Positions 13,239-26,804 of a DNA stretch of 64,000 nucleotides are shown here, piece after piece. The first letter of the stretch is position 1, and every line of letters begins with the position of its first letter. Location of the stretch: positions 63,066,464 to 63,130,463 of the forward strand of contig NC_043011.1 in the NCBI RefSeq assembly GCF_006345805.1, read 5' to 3'. The notes under the pieces are model-generated. The model saw only the letters and a program-made list of their open reading frames with translations. It made no database searches and had not been told where the DNA came from. Position numbers and translations under genes: made by a program. The DNA comes from Octopus sinensis. Lineage: Eukaryota.

Positions 13239-13637
13239 AGGCGCAGAAGTGACTGTGTGGTAAGTAGCTTGCTAACCAACCACATGGTTCTGGGTTCAGT
13301 CCAACTGCCTGGCATCTTGGGCAAGTGTCTTCTGCTATAGCCTCGGGCCGACCAAAGCCTTGTGAGTGGATTTGGTAGACGGAAACTGAAAGAAGCCTGT
13401 CGTATATAGGTATATAAATATGTATATGTTTGTGTGTATGTTTGTGTCCCTAGCATTGCTTGACAACCGATGCTGGTGTGTTTACGTCCCCGTCACTTAA
13501 CTGTTCGGCAAAAGAGACCGATATAATAAGTATTAGGCTTACGAAGAATAAGTCCTGGGGTCGATTTACTCGACTAAATGCGGTGCTCCAGCATGGCCGC
13601 AGTCAAATGACTGAAACAAGTAAAAGAGTAAAGAGTA
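13239..13637 (+). mobile_element. tRNA-derived SINE, full length
   Basis: Same family; lies between the two signal-peptide exons. Confidence 0.9.
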
Positions 13638-14271
13638 GGGAGTAAATAATATTTTTATAAGCAAATCCGAAAGGCTTTCCGAGTTACGCTGAGAAAGCTA
13701 CTATGTTTATAAAAATATTACTTATGTAGTATTATATATATATATATATATAGATACATACATATGTATTCTATATGTGTATTTATGTATATATATATAT
13801 AAAGAGATGACACTGGACAAATAATCAAATGATATTTTATAATAAATATCATTCGCTTACAGGTGTTTCCGCTATTGCCGCATCAACGCGTTCAGAGTGA
13901 AATGTCAGTATTATTCCAATGTTCTACTTTGTCATGGAAATTTCCACGGCCAGTAAAATAAATTTTCTCACTCAAATTGAATGTTTTGAAAACGTAAATT
14001 TTCGAAATAAAGTGTTGTTTTCATATACAAGTCTCTGATGAAGCAATTGTATGCTAACCTGGTGGTCGACTAAGACCCCACCACCACTTGTTGCAGAAAC
14101 AGATGTAAGCGAATGAAGTGGATTACATAAGGTTTGGTTTTTCCGGTGCTTTCTATCATCACTCTATATTATAGGATAATCTTTTCTTGACAATATTATA
14201 ATGATTGCTACACCTGTTTATTAGTCACACGATGGCTAATATATGCATACACAAACACATGCATATAATAT

Positions 14272-14320
<49 letters not shown>

Positions 14321-14329
14321 TTTTTATAC

Positions 14330-14386
<57 letters not shown>

Positions 14387-14954
14387 GTATGCATGTATGT
14401 ATAATCGCGTCACCTAGAAGATTATAATCGTATATATATGTAACAACGTACGTATGTATACATGTACGTATGTATGTCTGTATGTATATGTCTGTGTCTA
14501 TGTCAATCTATCTTTCTATCTATCTATTTCTCTCTTTCTTTGTCTCTATCTGCCCATATGTGTGTATGTGTGTGCGTATGTGGACGTGGGGGAGTGTGAA
14601 CAGAGTGACAGTGTGGACACCAATCAGTTACATAAACAGATATTACTCATAATTTCGATTCTTCATATAATGTATATAGACATGTACACCCACCTATATG
14701 TATGTATATATATATATACATATTTGCACATTTATAAATGCTGCTGGGTACAGATAGACTTCAAAATTCTCACAAGAATACATTTCTCTCAACAAAGAAA
14801 CGATAAAAATGTAAAAGAGGAGACTATCATTTATAATTTACGTCAAGTTAAACTATACAAAAAAATATTGATCCGACACATAATCGTTGGCAGTATGTTT
14901 CTGTTTAACATTGACTATCTTGAACACCTGGTGTAAAGCGATATATATGTATAT

Positions 14955-15024
<70 letters not shown>

Positions 15025-15035
15025 CGTATATATAC

Positions 15036-15097
<62 letters not shown>

Positions 15098-15117
15098 TAT
15101 ATATATACGTTATATAC

Positions 15118-15186
<69 letters not shown>

Positions 15187-15282
15187 CGTATATATACGTA
15201 TATATATATATATACATACATATATATATATATACATTTATATATATATATGTATATATAATTGTGCATATATATATATATG

Positions 15283-15351
<69 letters not shown>

Positions 15352-15486
15352 ACATATGTATATATATATATATATATACATATGTATATATATATACATA
15401 TACATACGACCATTTGTGCTTGTTTGTGGAAATCCTTGCGGCTATAGTTTGGGCTGTTTGAACATTAAATATTTATGCAACCGAAT

Positions 15487-15523
15487 ATGAAATCTGTCAT
15501 ATCCCTCTGTCTCCTGATAGCTG
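15487..15523 (+). CDS. Gene 1 coding exon 1 (signal peptide [13 protein letters not shown]), phase 1
   Basis: ATG...GCT G|GTAAGT. It splices in frame to 18546, giving signal peptide [17 protein letters not shown]. Confidence 0.8.
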
Positions 15524-16267
15524 GTAAGTTATACGAAATATATCTACAAGTGTTACTTTTGTTTTTGGGAAACTATAATCCAAAGAAAAGTTTCTTTGTG
15601 AAGATTTAATATATATTCTTGAACAATGTTATATAACTGCCACTCAGAATTTGTTATTGTAAATCTTTATTACTTAAAAAAAATTATATATTTGATTTAG
15701 TTTTATACAGTATCTTATTTATAGATTTTTCCTGAGAGACTTTTGTACAGAGAAGTATAGATTTATACACTCACAGAAAATAAAAGATTCAAATTTATAG
15801 GAAACAAAAGAAGACAGATAAGGGAACAAGTAGGTGTCTTAGTTTAATGCTAGAGAAGAATGGAAAAGTCTTGACGTATCGAACCAACGCTCCTCGACCG
15901 AAAGTATTCAGAAGAAAGAAATGGAAAAAGGCAAGAACACAAAGAGAGGAGAGGAAATGTATGTGTGGGGAATAACTGTTCAACATGATAATAAGAATGA
16001 TAATGATAGATATATATATATATATGTATATATATCAAAATATGACCTCGTGAGTACCGTTGGCGATTTTTTTTCCTCTGCCTTCCCTTCTCTGGATCTT
16101 TCCTTCTCCTATGTTTCCGACGAAGAGCTCCGCTCGAAACCTTAAACCCTCCTTCTATCTTTCTTTCCTGAGCGTCTAATAATACTATAATTGTTCCACA
16201 TCCTCGCGTTGTTGTGTTTTTTGTGCTTTCTTGTTTGGATTAACTATATATATATATATATGTGTGT

Positions 16268-16301
<34 letters not shown>

Positions 16302-16365
16302 ATGTGTATATATATATATAGAGAGATAGATATATAGATAGATTAATAGATAGATAGATAGATTA

Positions 16366-16431
<66 letters not shown>

Positions 16432-16433
16432 TA

Positions 16434-16474
<41 letters not shown>

Positions 16475-16505
16475 GAGATAGATTAATAGATAGATAGATA
16501 GATAT

Positions 16506-16578
<73 letters not shown>

Positions 16579-17150
16579 CAGATGTACTGGAGGACTACTA
16601 CGATGGTGGCAGACAGACAGCCGTCATTCTAATATAAAACTGGTTATACAGGGAACGGCATTAGACATTTTGGTGGGACGGCTTTCCCACATTCCCGAGG
16701 GTCCCACGTCTAATGACAGTGGGTATCATGTCATGGTTTATCTCTGGGTCATTAAATATGATGGGAGGGGGCTGTCAGATTATCTGGATGACTTGCTGGA
16801 CCGAAAATCTTAGGTTCAGTGTTTGCGGATGTAACAACTCTCAGATGTTTAGTTGAGAACAGGGTGTCATGGAGCATAGAACCCGACGGTACGAGTATGT
16901 TGGGACTGACAGCTTAAGTAGAAATATCATACCTAGGCACTGTTGATATTTTACACGGGCAATGGCAGAAGACCTATAGGAGTCAGGGAGCAACGATTAA
17001 AAATCTCTCAACGACAAGAAAATGTGTGTATAATATTGTTTCATGTTTTCGACGGCCTCAACGATTACCTGATCACTGAAACCTTCCACCACAACGCATA
17101 TTATGCGTACATAATACCTACATACATACATGCATAGGTACATACATACA

Positions 17151-17184
<34 letters not shown>

Positions 17185-17563
17185 CGCATGGCTCCGTCGT
17201 TGGAGAGTTAAACTCACAATCATAAGGTAGTTTGATTCCCAAATCATATTCTCAATTATGGTTCTTGAGCAAGGCACTTTATTTCCCGTTCCACCAAAGC
17301 ACTCATCTTTAGAAATGAGTTGCGGTGTCACGGTGCAAAGCTGTCTCGGCCCTTTTACCTTTTCCTTGCATAACATCGGTGGCGTGGAAAAGGGGGGCTG
17401 GTATGTATGGGCGACTGCGCATTTTCCATAAACAACATTACCCGGACTTTTCCGGCGGAGGGAAACTTTCAAGGTGAAATGCAATAATCATTCTAGGCCG
17501 AAGGATGTCTTCGAAATTTTACCATTTTTAGTATATGTATACGTACATATCATATCATATCAT

Positions 17564-17614
<51 letters not shown>

Positions 17615-18176
17615 TGTTGTGTCTGGGGAGGGTCATTTTCTTTTGTGCCTTATAACATAACACACTCACCGGTAAAATTTCCACTTCTTTCTTATTTTTA
17701 TATTCCTAAAATTTTAGTTGCGTCTAGCAACCTTTTCAATAGTCTTGATTCTGTCCGTTATTTACACTGCGTTCCCTTTTGTTTATTTGTGCGCATGTGT
17801 GTGAGTCGGTGTGTGTGTGTGTGTGCCTATATATGCATGCATGTACGTATGTATGTATGTGTGTGTTTGCATGTGTATGTATGTATATATCTGTGTGTAT
17901 GCATATGTATGTGTATGCATCTATATGGTACGTATCCTGTATATTTATGTGGTTGCATGCCCGTGTTTGTGTGTGCATGTCTGCGTGTGTGTGTGTATTA
18001 TGCAACTATGTACCATGTTTGTATGTATGGATGTGCATCTTGATATCTGTGGATCTGTGTCTCCATATGTGTCTGTTCTTGTAACCTATGTACCTATCCG
18101 TCTGTATGTTGATCTGTTTGTTTTCATATCTATATGCTTACATACAGAAAAAAAGGCATATAGAAATACATACACA

Positions 18177-18332
<156 letters not shown>

Positions 18333-18545
18333 TTCTACGCTGGTACTTGTATGAAACACCAAAGTTACCCGCCAGTGCTCAACTGTAATCCGAACGACAG
18401 GCATGTATTTTCAAATGTTTTATGCAAACGTTCACCTTAACTTAAACATTCTGCCAGCAACATTTTCTATTATGTATGTTTTTGCAGTTAACCACTTTGG
18501 CATCTCTTGTATAATAAATGTAACAGGAACATTTTAACATTCTAG

Positions 18546-18645
18546 GTGTTGCTCTGTCATCGCGCTGCACCGATAAAGCTGAAAAGATCTGCTTGGATGC
18601 CATGGGCACTTACACTAAAGTCGACACAAAGCTGAAAACATGCAG
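18546..18645 (+). CDS. Gene 1 coding exon 2 (GVALSSRCTDKAEKICLDAMGTYTKVDTKLKTC-R), 100 nt, phase 1 to 2
   Basis: TTTAACATTCTAG acceptor, CAG|GTATGT donor, open frame with 3 Cys, and a homologous 100-nt exon at 44513-44612. Confidence 0.9.
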
Positions 18646-18861
18646 GTATGTCATATTTTACCACCACTAAACCTATTTCCCCAGTAATTCATTTGGATTT
18701 GAGCAATGAAGTATTTGCTGAGCTGCAGAAGGAAAACCCTCTGATTTGTAGTATCGATACGTTTACTTTTCATTATTTCGAAATCAACGAAATAGATATC
18801 ACGGCAAAATTTTAAATATAATAATTTGCTGTGTAAATGTATTCGTTTAGATATATAGACG

Positions 18862-19023
18862 ACAATTGCAGCGTGGAAGGTGTTTATAAACCATTTAAAA
18901 ACACGCGAAATACGTGAACAAGTCGCACTCTTACACCGGCGAATATATTTTTAATTTGAAGCGAATCTAACGGTTTTTGGGTGTTTTTAAATGCCTTATA
19001 AACACCTTCCACGCTGCAGTTGT
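18862..19023. repeat. Short MITE-like inverted repeat (~44-bp arms) in gene 1 intron 2
   Basis: TGCAGCGTGGAAGGTGTTTATAA...TTATAAACACCTTCCACGCTGCA. Confidence 0.7.
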
Positions 19024-19956
19024 TTTCGCTTCAACACACGATCACGGATCAGGTAACTTGCTATGCAAGTTCATCTCCATAATGTATATATATATAAATG
19101 TATATATATATATATATATATGTAATTTTGATGTATCTTCGTGACCAGTCACACGTGTGCTGAGGTTTTCTAAAGGATTTTACATTTAGATATAACTGGA
19201 GTACTTATGTGTACTCATGATTCTTGCTTCTGCTTTTTTCCATGTGTGCTTGCAAGTATTTCAATAATTCCTTATCGTATTCTCTACTGAAGAGGGGAAG
19301 ATTTGTGGGATTAATCCCAAAATTGATTCAATATAGAGATAACAAATTAAAAAAAAGATTCTGTTAGCAGGCCTTCCTCGATTTCAGCACGACGTGTATT
19401 TTTGGTGAATGTATATTGTAATGTGGTGATTGACGATTTAAAGTCTATACTCAGCATATTGGCATAGAAATATATTTTTTTCTTTTGATCTTGTTTATAA
19501 ATATGTAGGCTTGTATGAAGATCTGTGTATTATGTCACGCGGAAAGGATTCTCAAAATATTTATTACTACAATGCATTCCGTGTGTTGCAATATTGATAC
19601 AATGCAGCAATAAGCAGCAACAATAAGTTGTATAGATCACTGGGTAGATCACCGATTATGAAAGATCGATTCCAATTACCCTTGGAGTTGAAATGCATTG
19701 TCTCTGGGAACCAAACTACCTTTTGTCCGTGAAGAAGAAATAAACAACTTGAGAATCACAAAGGTTGATGTTTTCAGCTACGCAAAAAGAAATATCAAAA
19801 ATGGTTATAGGAAATTCCATGTAATGCGGCAGGATTATCCGCAGTACACCTTCGATACCAAAATATTGTATTGGGCAAAATACTTTTCTTGAAATTAATA
19901 AAATATTAATACAATTTCTTTTAAGTGAAATACTCAGCTTATTCTTGTTTTTCCAG

Positions 19957-20045
19957 GCGTCTCCATATGTTCCGTTCCTGTATGGAACCGAAAGACCAAG
20001 AGTGCTATAAATACTTTGACTATGCGATACAGACCGTATGCGCTG
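19957..20045 (+). CDS. Gene 1 coding exon 3 (R-RLHMFRSCMEPKDQECYKYFDYAIQTVCA), 89 nt, phase 2 to 1
   Basis: CTTATTCTTGTTTTTCCAG acceptor, CTG|GTGAGA donor, 3 Cys, and a homologous 89-nt exon at 50940-51028. Confidence 0.9.
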
Positions 20046-20087
20046 GTGAGAATATTTTTCATGCCATTTATATTCTTTAGTATTGTT

Positions 20088-20395
20088 ATACGGAGACGCA
20101 ATGGCCCAGTGGTTAGGGCAGTGGACTCGCGGTCGGAGGATCGCGGTTTCGATTCCCAGACCGGGAATGTGTGTGTTTATTGAGCGAAAACATTTAAAGT
20201 TCCACAAGGCTCCGGCAGGGGGGGGCGGCCCCTGTTGTACGCTTTCGCCCCAACTTTCTCTCACTCTCTCTTCCTGTTTCTTGAGCAACTCTGCGATGGA
20301 CTGGCGTCCGGTCATGCAGGGGGGGGGGCACATGCGCCACAGAAACCGAGAAACCGGGCCCATGAGCCTAGCTAGGTTTGAAAAGGGCACATAAA
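20088..20395 (+). mobile_element. Second-family tRNA-derived SINE in gene 1 intron 3
   Basis: GGAGACGCAATGGCCCAGTGGTTAGGGCAGTGGACTCGCGGTCGGAGGATCGCGGTTTCGATTCCC tRNA-like head with a GC-rich body. Confidence 0.7.
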
Positions 20396-20912
20396 TAACA
20401 TAAATTATTGTTATACATTTTTGTTGTTAATTAGTTCATTTAATTAGCCGGAATGTGTGCTGGATTCTGTACTCGATGAAACCCTGTGAGGACCAGGTTT
20501 GCCATTCATTCAGATTCCATAAAATAATTTTCTAATCAAATATTAGGTCAATCAATCAACCTCACCTCTTTCCCTTAATAGTGTTGGCCATGTGCCAAAG
20601 CTTGAAATAGATGGTGAGCTGACGGAATCATTAAAGCGTACTGAAAAATGTCGTTCAGTTCGTTATATTTCCTGCTCAAATTCCACCGAGCCTTCTACTG
20701 AGCCATTTATTATTTGGGGGTCGTTAAAATAGAGTAGTATAAAATAATGGGGTCAGTGTAGCCATCTTTTTCGTGCCCGTCAAAGTTGCCCGTCAAAATA
20801 TGCACATCTCCACCTATAATTTTATCGTTTTATATGTAACCCCCCCCCCACACTTTATGTCTTTCTTTTTATTGTCCACCTTTTACTTCGCTCTTGTGGC
20901 AAATAAATGTGA

Positions 20913-20946
<34 letters not shown>

Positions 20947-21071
20947 TTTTTCTTTCTTCTTTCAAATTTGCTTCCATTTCTTGCCGAGTGTCTTCCCGAC
21001 TCCTAGGGCAAAGAAACTCATAGTATACATTGGTAGGCCATTAAACCAAACTCAATAGTTCGTTAATTAAA

Positions 21072-21121
<50 letters not shown>

Positions 21122-22665
21122 GCATCATCATCATCATCATTACCAACACCAACACCACCACCATCATGTTCATGATCATGATGATGATCATCATCATCAT
21201 CATCAGCATCATCTTCACCATCATCATCACCATTGAATTGCCTCAGGCTCGTCCTTATTCCTCGTAGAATTTATGAGGGTAGCGAGTCACTTCTTGTAAC
21301 TTTAGGCATTCACAAATTTTCAATAGTCTTTCAAGTGCCTAAAACACTCTTGATAATCTTTCTTGTCCCTAAGAGGAAAAAGTTCTGTACAAACTTAACA
21401 GGGAATTATTTCCGAATCTTCTTCAACCACTTGTCTCTATATTTGCTCACAGTTTCCAAAGCAGCAATTCTTGCAATTTTAAGTTTCAAGAGAATTTATC
21501 ATTACATAAGCCAGCAGCGATGACGTCTGGAGGTATCGAGAAAACAAATCTCTTCAAATTTCAAGAATGTTCCAAATTACAAAATAACCCTTATCTGCAT
21601 GTCGATAATATGCCTCTTGCGCGTCTAATATCATTCCGCCCCTTACGTAGCTATTTCGTTGCCGTACCAAGTGCACCTATAATCACTGAACTTGTCGCAT
21701 TTGTCGTCCAGGATCGTTAAATTCTTTTGCTAGGTTCTGACAATTCTAAATTCTCTCCATATCTTTTGTATCCACTTTATTATCATATGTTAATGCAAAT
21801 TCTATTGACTCGTAATAGTTCAATGTCTTTTGCAAATGTATCAGGTTTCCTATTCGTCTTTGCACTTCTATTTTTGGACTCTTTTCCTGCGCAACCTCTA
21901 CAGTAATTTTGTTTTAGATATCGTCAGTTCATAGGTTCTTTCATTGAGCATGCATCGTGTGTCATCATCGCCTTCTGTGTTTTGTGTATATGTTCGAGTG
22001 ATCTGTAAAGTATTTCTCTAGAACGTTTGATCATAATTTACTAGGAACTGAATTCCACAGTAATGGTTTCTATTCAACTCTGTAGCAATTTATATTCAAG
22101 CGTATATTTCATTATTGATGCATTAATTCAATTATGTAACAGGTATCAGGCGTACTTCAAACGATATCTAGACCATGGGCTACAGCATTCAGTACACATT
22201 AAATGGCATATACCTGGGTGTCGTTAGATCGTAATTCTTTTTTAAAAAAACATTTTATATTCTCTATTTATGCATTCAAACTTTCCTCGGCAAATATTAT
22301 GGTTGGCATAGATTTCGGTACATGACAGGTAGAATACGGCCTACAATAAGCGGTCTCTTATTAGAACATTTAGTTATATATTTGGAAAAATTCAGACAAG
22401 CTCTTAGCGGTATTTCGTCTGTCTTTACTATCTGACTTCAAATTCCACCGTGATTGACATTGTTTTCCTCTTTTCGGGGTGGATAAATTAAGTATCAGGT
22501 GCGTATTGGGGTCGAACAACTCGACTGGCCCCCTCCCTTAAAAATGATTTCGAGCCTTGTGCCTAGAGTAGAACAGATTATTTCTAGCACAATTTAGATT
22601 TAGATAAAAACTATTTTATACAATTAAACCCACTGTGTTTCAATGCATTTATTTTCTTATTTCAG

Positions 22666-22688
22666 TTGAGCCCTACGCTGCGACCTAA
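22666..22688 (+). CDS. Gene 1 coding exon 4 (V-EPYAAT-stop); the exon continues as UTR to the donor after 22706
   Basis: TTTATTTTCTTATTTCAG acceptor, phase-1 compatible, TAA at 22686-22688, AAAAAC|GTAAGT donor. Total CDS is 249 nt = 82 aa plus stop. Confidence 0.75.
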
Positions 22689-23000
22689 TGCACTTGGTCG
22701 AAAAACGTAAGTACTAGTAACGGACTAATACTTTATTATGCGTTGTTAATGCCACGAGGGGCTGCTGAAAATATTTGGCTTTGAATCAAAGAAAATACAA
22801 GCAGATCTGTTAAATTTTGTTCGACATATTCTTCTCTCAGACTCACGCACTTATTGCAGTGGTTCATCATGTTTTTTTTTTTTTGGGGGGGGGGGTTAAG
22901 CCCTTCAAATTAAGTTGGACTTCAAGCCAGGCCTTTCGCGATAACTTCAAAGCCGGGAACTTCTCAGCATCCCGTTGTATATCTCTATGTTCTAAATTGT

Positions 23001-23709
23001 CTTCTTTTCTTCTTCTTCTTCTTCTTCTTCTTCTTCTTCTTCTTCTTCTTCTTCTTTTTCTTCTTCTTCTCCTTCTTCTTCTTCTTCTTCTCCTTCTTCT
23101 TCTTCTTCTTCTTCTTCTTCTTCTCCTTCTTCTTCTTTTTTTTGTTGTTGTTGTTCTTCTTCTTCTTCTTATCCTTCTTCTCCTTCTTCTACTTCTCCTT
23201 CTCCTTCTTCTTTTTCTTCCTCTTCTTCTTCTCCTTCTTCTTCTTCTTCTTCTTCTCCTTCTTCTTCTGCCTCTTCTCCTTCTCCTTCTTCTTCTTCTTC
23301 TTCTTCTTCTGCTTCTTCTCATTCTCCTTCTTCTCCTTCTTCTCCTTCTTCTTTCTTCTTCTTCTTCTCCTTCTTCTTCTTCTTCTTTCTTCTTATTTTT
23401 CTTCTTCTCTTTCTTCTTCGTCTTCTTCTTTTTCTTCTTCTTCTCCTTCTTCTTTTTTCTTCTTCTTCTCTTTCTTCTTCGTCTTCTTCTTCTTCTTCTT
23501 CTTCTTCTCCTTCTTCTTCTTCCTCTTCTCCTTCTTCTCCTTGTTCTTCTTCTTCTTCTTTCTTCTTCTTCTTCTTCTCTTTCTTCTTCGTCTTCTTCTT
23601 CTTCTTCTTCTTCTCCCTCTTCTCCTTCTTCTTCTTCTTTCTTCTTCTTCTTCTCTTTCTTCTTCTTCTTCTTCTTCTTCTTCTTCTTCTTCTTCTTTTC
23701 TTCTTCTTC
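23001..23709 (+). repeat. (TTC)n/(CTT)n trinucleotide tract, ~710 bp
   Basis: Directly visible; source of the spurious poly-L/S/F and poly-R ORFs. Confidence 0.98.
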
Positions 23710-23711
23710 AG

Positions 23712-23829
23712 ACCGTGACTTTTATCTATCAGCAGTATGTGTCTACAATACCGTGACTGTATGAAGATAAATTAAATTTAGCCTCTCTCGGGTGGCAAGA
23801 TTTAGCAATAACAATATATCGGTAATAAA
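23712..23829 (+). other. Probable non-coding last exon (3' UTR) of gene 1 with AATAAA at 23824-23829
   Basis: First AG after a ~740-nt AG-free pyrimidine tract (TTCTTCTTCAG|ACCGTG), with a polyadenylation signal ~110 nt downstream. Confidence 0.55.
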
Positions 23830-24073
23830 ATGATAACCAGACATGGTAGACGTGGCTTTATGATAAGAAGACCGTTTCCCATTCACTTAATTTCGTGCAC
23901 AGATCTACTGCACGTTACCTTGGACAATTTTTTTATACTATAGCTTCGAGCCAACATAAGCCCTGTGTAAGGATTAGAGTTACTCGAATTGAAAGAATCC
24001 CGTCACAGACACACACGCTCATATGCATACATACTTACATACATATATATATATGTGTATATACATATATATG

Positions 24074-24162
<89 letters not shown>

Positions 24163-25584
24163 TTGCCTATGTGTGTGTGTGTTTTTGTGATTCTGTTCAT
24201 CTCCCACTACAGCATGCCAACTGGTGCTAATATTTTTGCAACCCCCATAACATAGCAGATCGGCAAAAGAACCGAGAGAATAGGTTCCAGACTTTAAAAT
24301 AGAAGAAATATATAAAAAAGAACAAAAATGAGTACTGGGTTACTTCATTCGACCAACAATACATCAAAGCGGTGCCCCAGCTTGGCCATCGTTATTATTC
24401 TAAAGTGTTTGATAAAACTGAGATTTGTTTCCTACTAACGTCTTCTTAGATAAGGTGGAGAAAACATCCTATATGCGAAAATGACATTCTAATGTAACTT
24501 AGTCTAAAATCATCTCAGGCATTCAGGTCGGTCCAATAACAGAATCAAGAGATAGGAAATGTCGTTATATGGTAAATTTTCCTGTTCGTAAATGTTTAGA
24601 CCATTCATTGTTGTTCTTGATTTTATTGTTCTTTTGTATATAATTCAGCAAAATTCTCATTACAGTTGAATTATTCATAACTGAATATATATTTTCGTTT
24701 CACAATCTTGCCAATAAATAATGGGTATTTCTTCAATAAATATTGTATTCTTCTATTAACAGATTTGGATTCAATTTGTCCAACATTTTGGAAACTGGAA
24801 AATATTCACAGTTTATAAACAAATAAATTGAGTTACTGCCTACACTGTGTTATTTTCTCATTTTCTGTAAAGCTTGCGGTGTATTTTTAATCGGGTAATT
24901 GGTTTAAATACACCAACAGTCCAAAGCACAGTATAGAGTTTTAAGCAGAAAGAAATTGTCGGAATAAAAGCAAAGCTGATATAAGCTTATTTACAGAGTG
25001 CAAGCGCTAACTAACTTCATTGCTTTTAATATGGTAGAGACATATTGATTTGTGTTGTCAGGAAACAGAAACTAAAATATTTACTTAGAAAGAAACAAAT
25101 ATATTCTAAAAACAAACCACTTTATAGAAAGCAATTTAGATAGGTACAGACAAACAAACGATAATAATAAAAAAAAAGGATTTCTAAAATATGGTAAAGG
25201 CAAAGGGTAAGGAATACGAATCAGTAACGAAGACTCAGGAAGAGGGCCGTTCAAAATCTTTGGCCTAAAAAAAGATCCTATTCTCTCATTTTGGTAGCAG
25301 AGGAAAGTAACCCAGCCATATTAGCACGAAAGCACAAAAGGAAAAACGTTATTTGTAAATGTACTTACAACAAGTACACACATCGAAATCGCTAATAATA
25401 AAATGAATGTCTTTATCTGATCAAATTCATAGACGTGAGTTCACTGCACTGAATGCTGACACATCGATGTCTGGATCATTGAGCAACGAGGAAAACTGTT
25501 ATAAAGTAGAACGAGCAGGTTTCTCTTAAGTAATTACGGAAAATACTAATGTAGATTGCTATAAAATTACCCCACCCCAAAATA

Positions 25585-26804
25585 CAGGGGTTGGACAAAA
25601 TAATGGAAACACTTTACAATTTCAAACAGATTTATTTTGATTTGGGGGCAGGACAGCCTTTGGCAATAATTAAAGCTTGAATTCTACGCTACGAGGTATG
25701 GATTTGTACAAAATTTGAATTGTTTACAAAGAAATTTTCGTCCGTTCTTCAGCTAAAACAGTCTCCACTTCTTGAAGTGATGATGGTGGAGGATATCGAC
25801 ACTTTACATGTTTTTTCTAAAACGCACCATAAATTTTCAATAATATTAAGATCTGGAGACCGTGGTGGCCAGAACTTGTTCAACTTCACTGGAATGTTCC
25901 TCGTGCCATCCAGTAACAACTTAGCTGTGTGAATTATTGTATTATCATCCTGAAAGATTGCATTTCCTTCCGGAAGCAGTTCCGTAAAAATAGGATGAAT
26001 TTGATCAGATAAAATGCTTAAATAGTCTTGACTATTAATTCTGCCATGAAGCGAAACCAGTGGGCCAGTGGATTTCTAAGATATAGCACCCTCGCCTAGA
26101 TCATCACGAATCATACCCTATGTTTAACAGGTGGAAGAAGTCTCGACACGTATACTCGGCCGGTGGTCGGAAATAAGGAAAAGTATGACTCGTCCGAGAA
26201 TGTAACATTCTTCCACTGTTCTAGGGACCAATTCTGTAGGTCTAAATGTTTTGAAACGTTTGTGTTTGAAAGTAGTGGTTTTCTGATTGCAGCTATCCCG
26301 TGAAATCCGGCTTTCGGCGAACAGTTTTGGTGGAAACTGGGTTGTTGAGGTGGTCATTAAGCTATGTAGCAATATTGGGAGCTGTACTTTTGTGATCCTT
26401 TCTAACAACTTGCGTAAGAGTCCGACGGACCCAAAATGATGGTCTTGGTTTTCTTCTTCCGGAGTTTTGTTTCGACCAGGTGGTTTTTCGCCCTTTCTCA
26501 AAGTTTGTCATTATTTTCGAGAACGTTCTTCTTGATACACAAAAAATTTCGGGTGTTTTCGTTACGCTGCCATACGAGCACCAACAATTTGAACTCTTTG
26601 AAAGTGTTATAGATCTGTCATATTAATGAATTTTAATTACCTTTTTTTGATGGTATCAGCAATTTCAGCAAAACATATTAAGCAACACTAATAATAATTA
26701 ATTAAAAAAAGCATAAAAATAAACAAGATTTTGACGGTTTTATAGATACTCCAAAATTATGATGCAGTGATGCTCGGTGTTTCCATTATTTTGTCCAACC
26801 CCTG
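25585..26804 (-). mobile_element. Tc1-family DNA transposon, defective, 1220 bp with 28-bp TIRs
   Basis: CAGGGGTTGGACAAAATAATGGAAACAC at both ends (inverted), left TA flank; - strand FQDDN and WPPRSPDLNIIENLW motifs. Confidence 0.9.

Noticed and set aside
19716-20390. 224-aa minus-strand ORF
   Set aside because: Antisense shadow over a GC-rich SINE and gene 1 exon 3; no coherent protein.
21230-22300. Possible Merlin/DDE transposase relic in gene 1 intron 3 (TIENL motif on the minus strand)
   Set aside because: Too decayed; no TIRs or catalytic triad could be placed.
22817-23764. 315-aa poly-Leu/Ser and 151-aa poly-Arg ORFs
   Set aside because: Pure (TTC)n repeat inside an intron.
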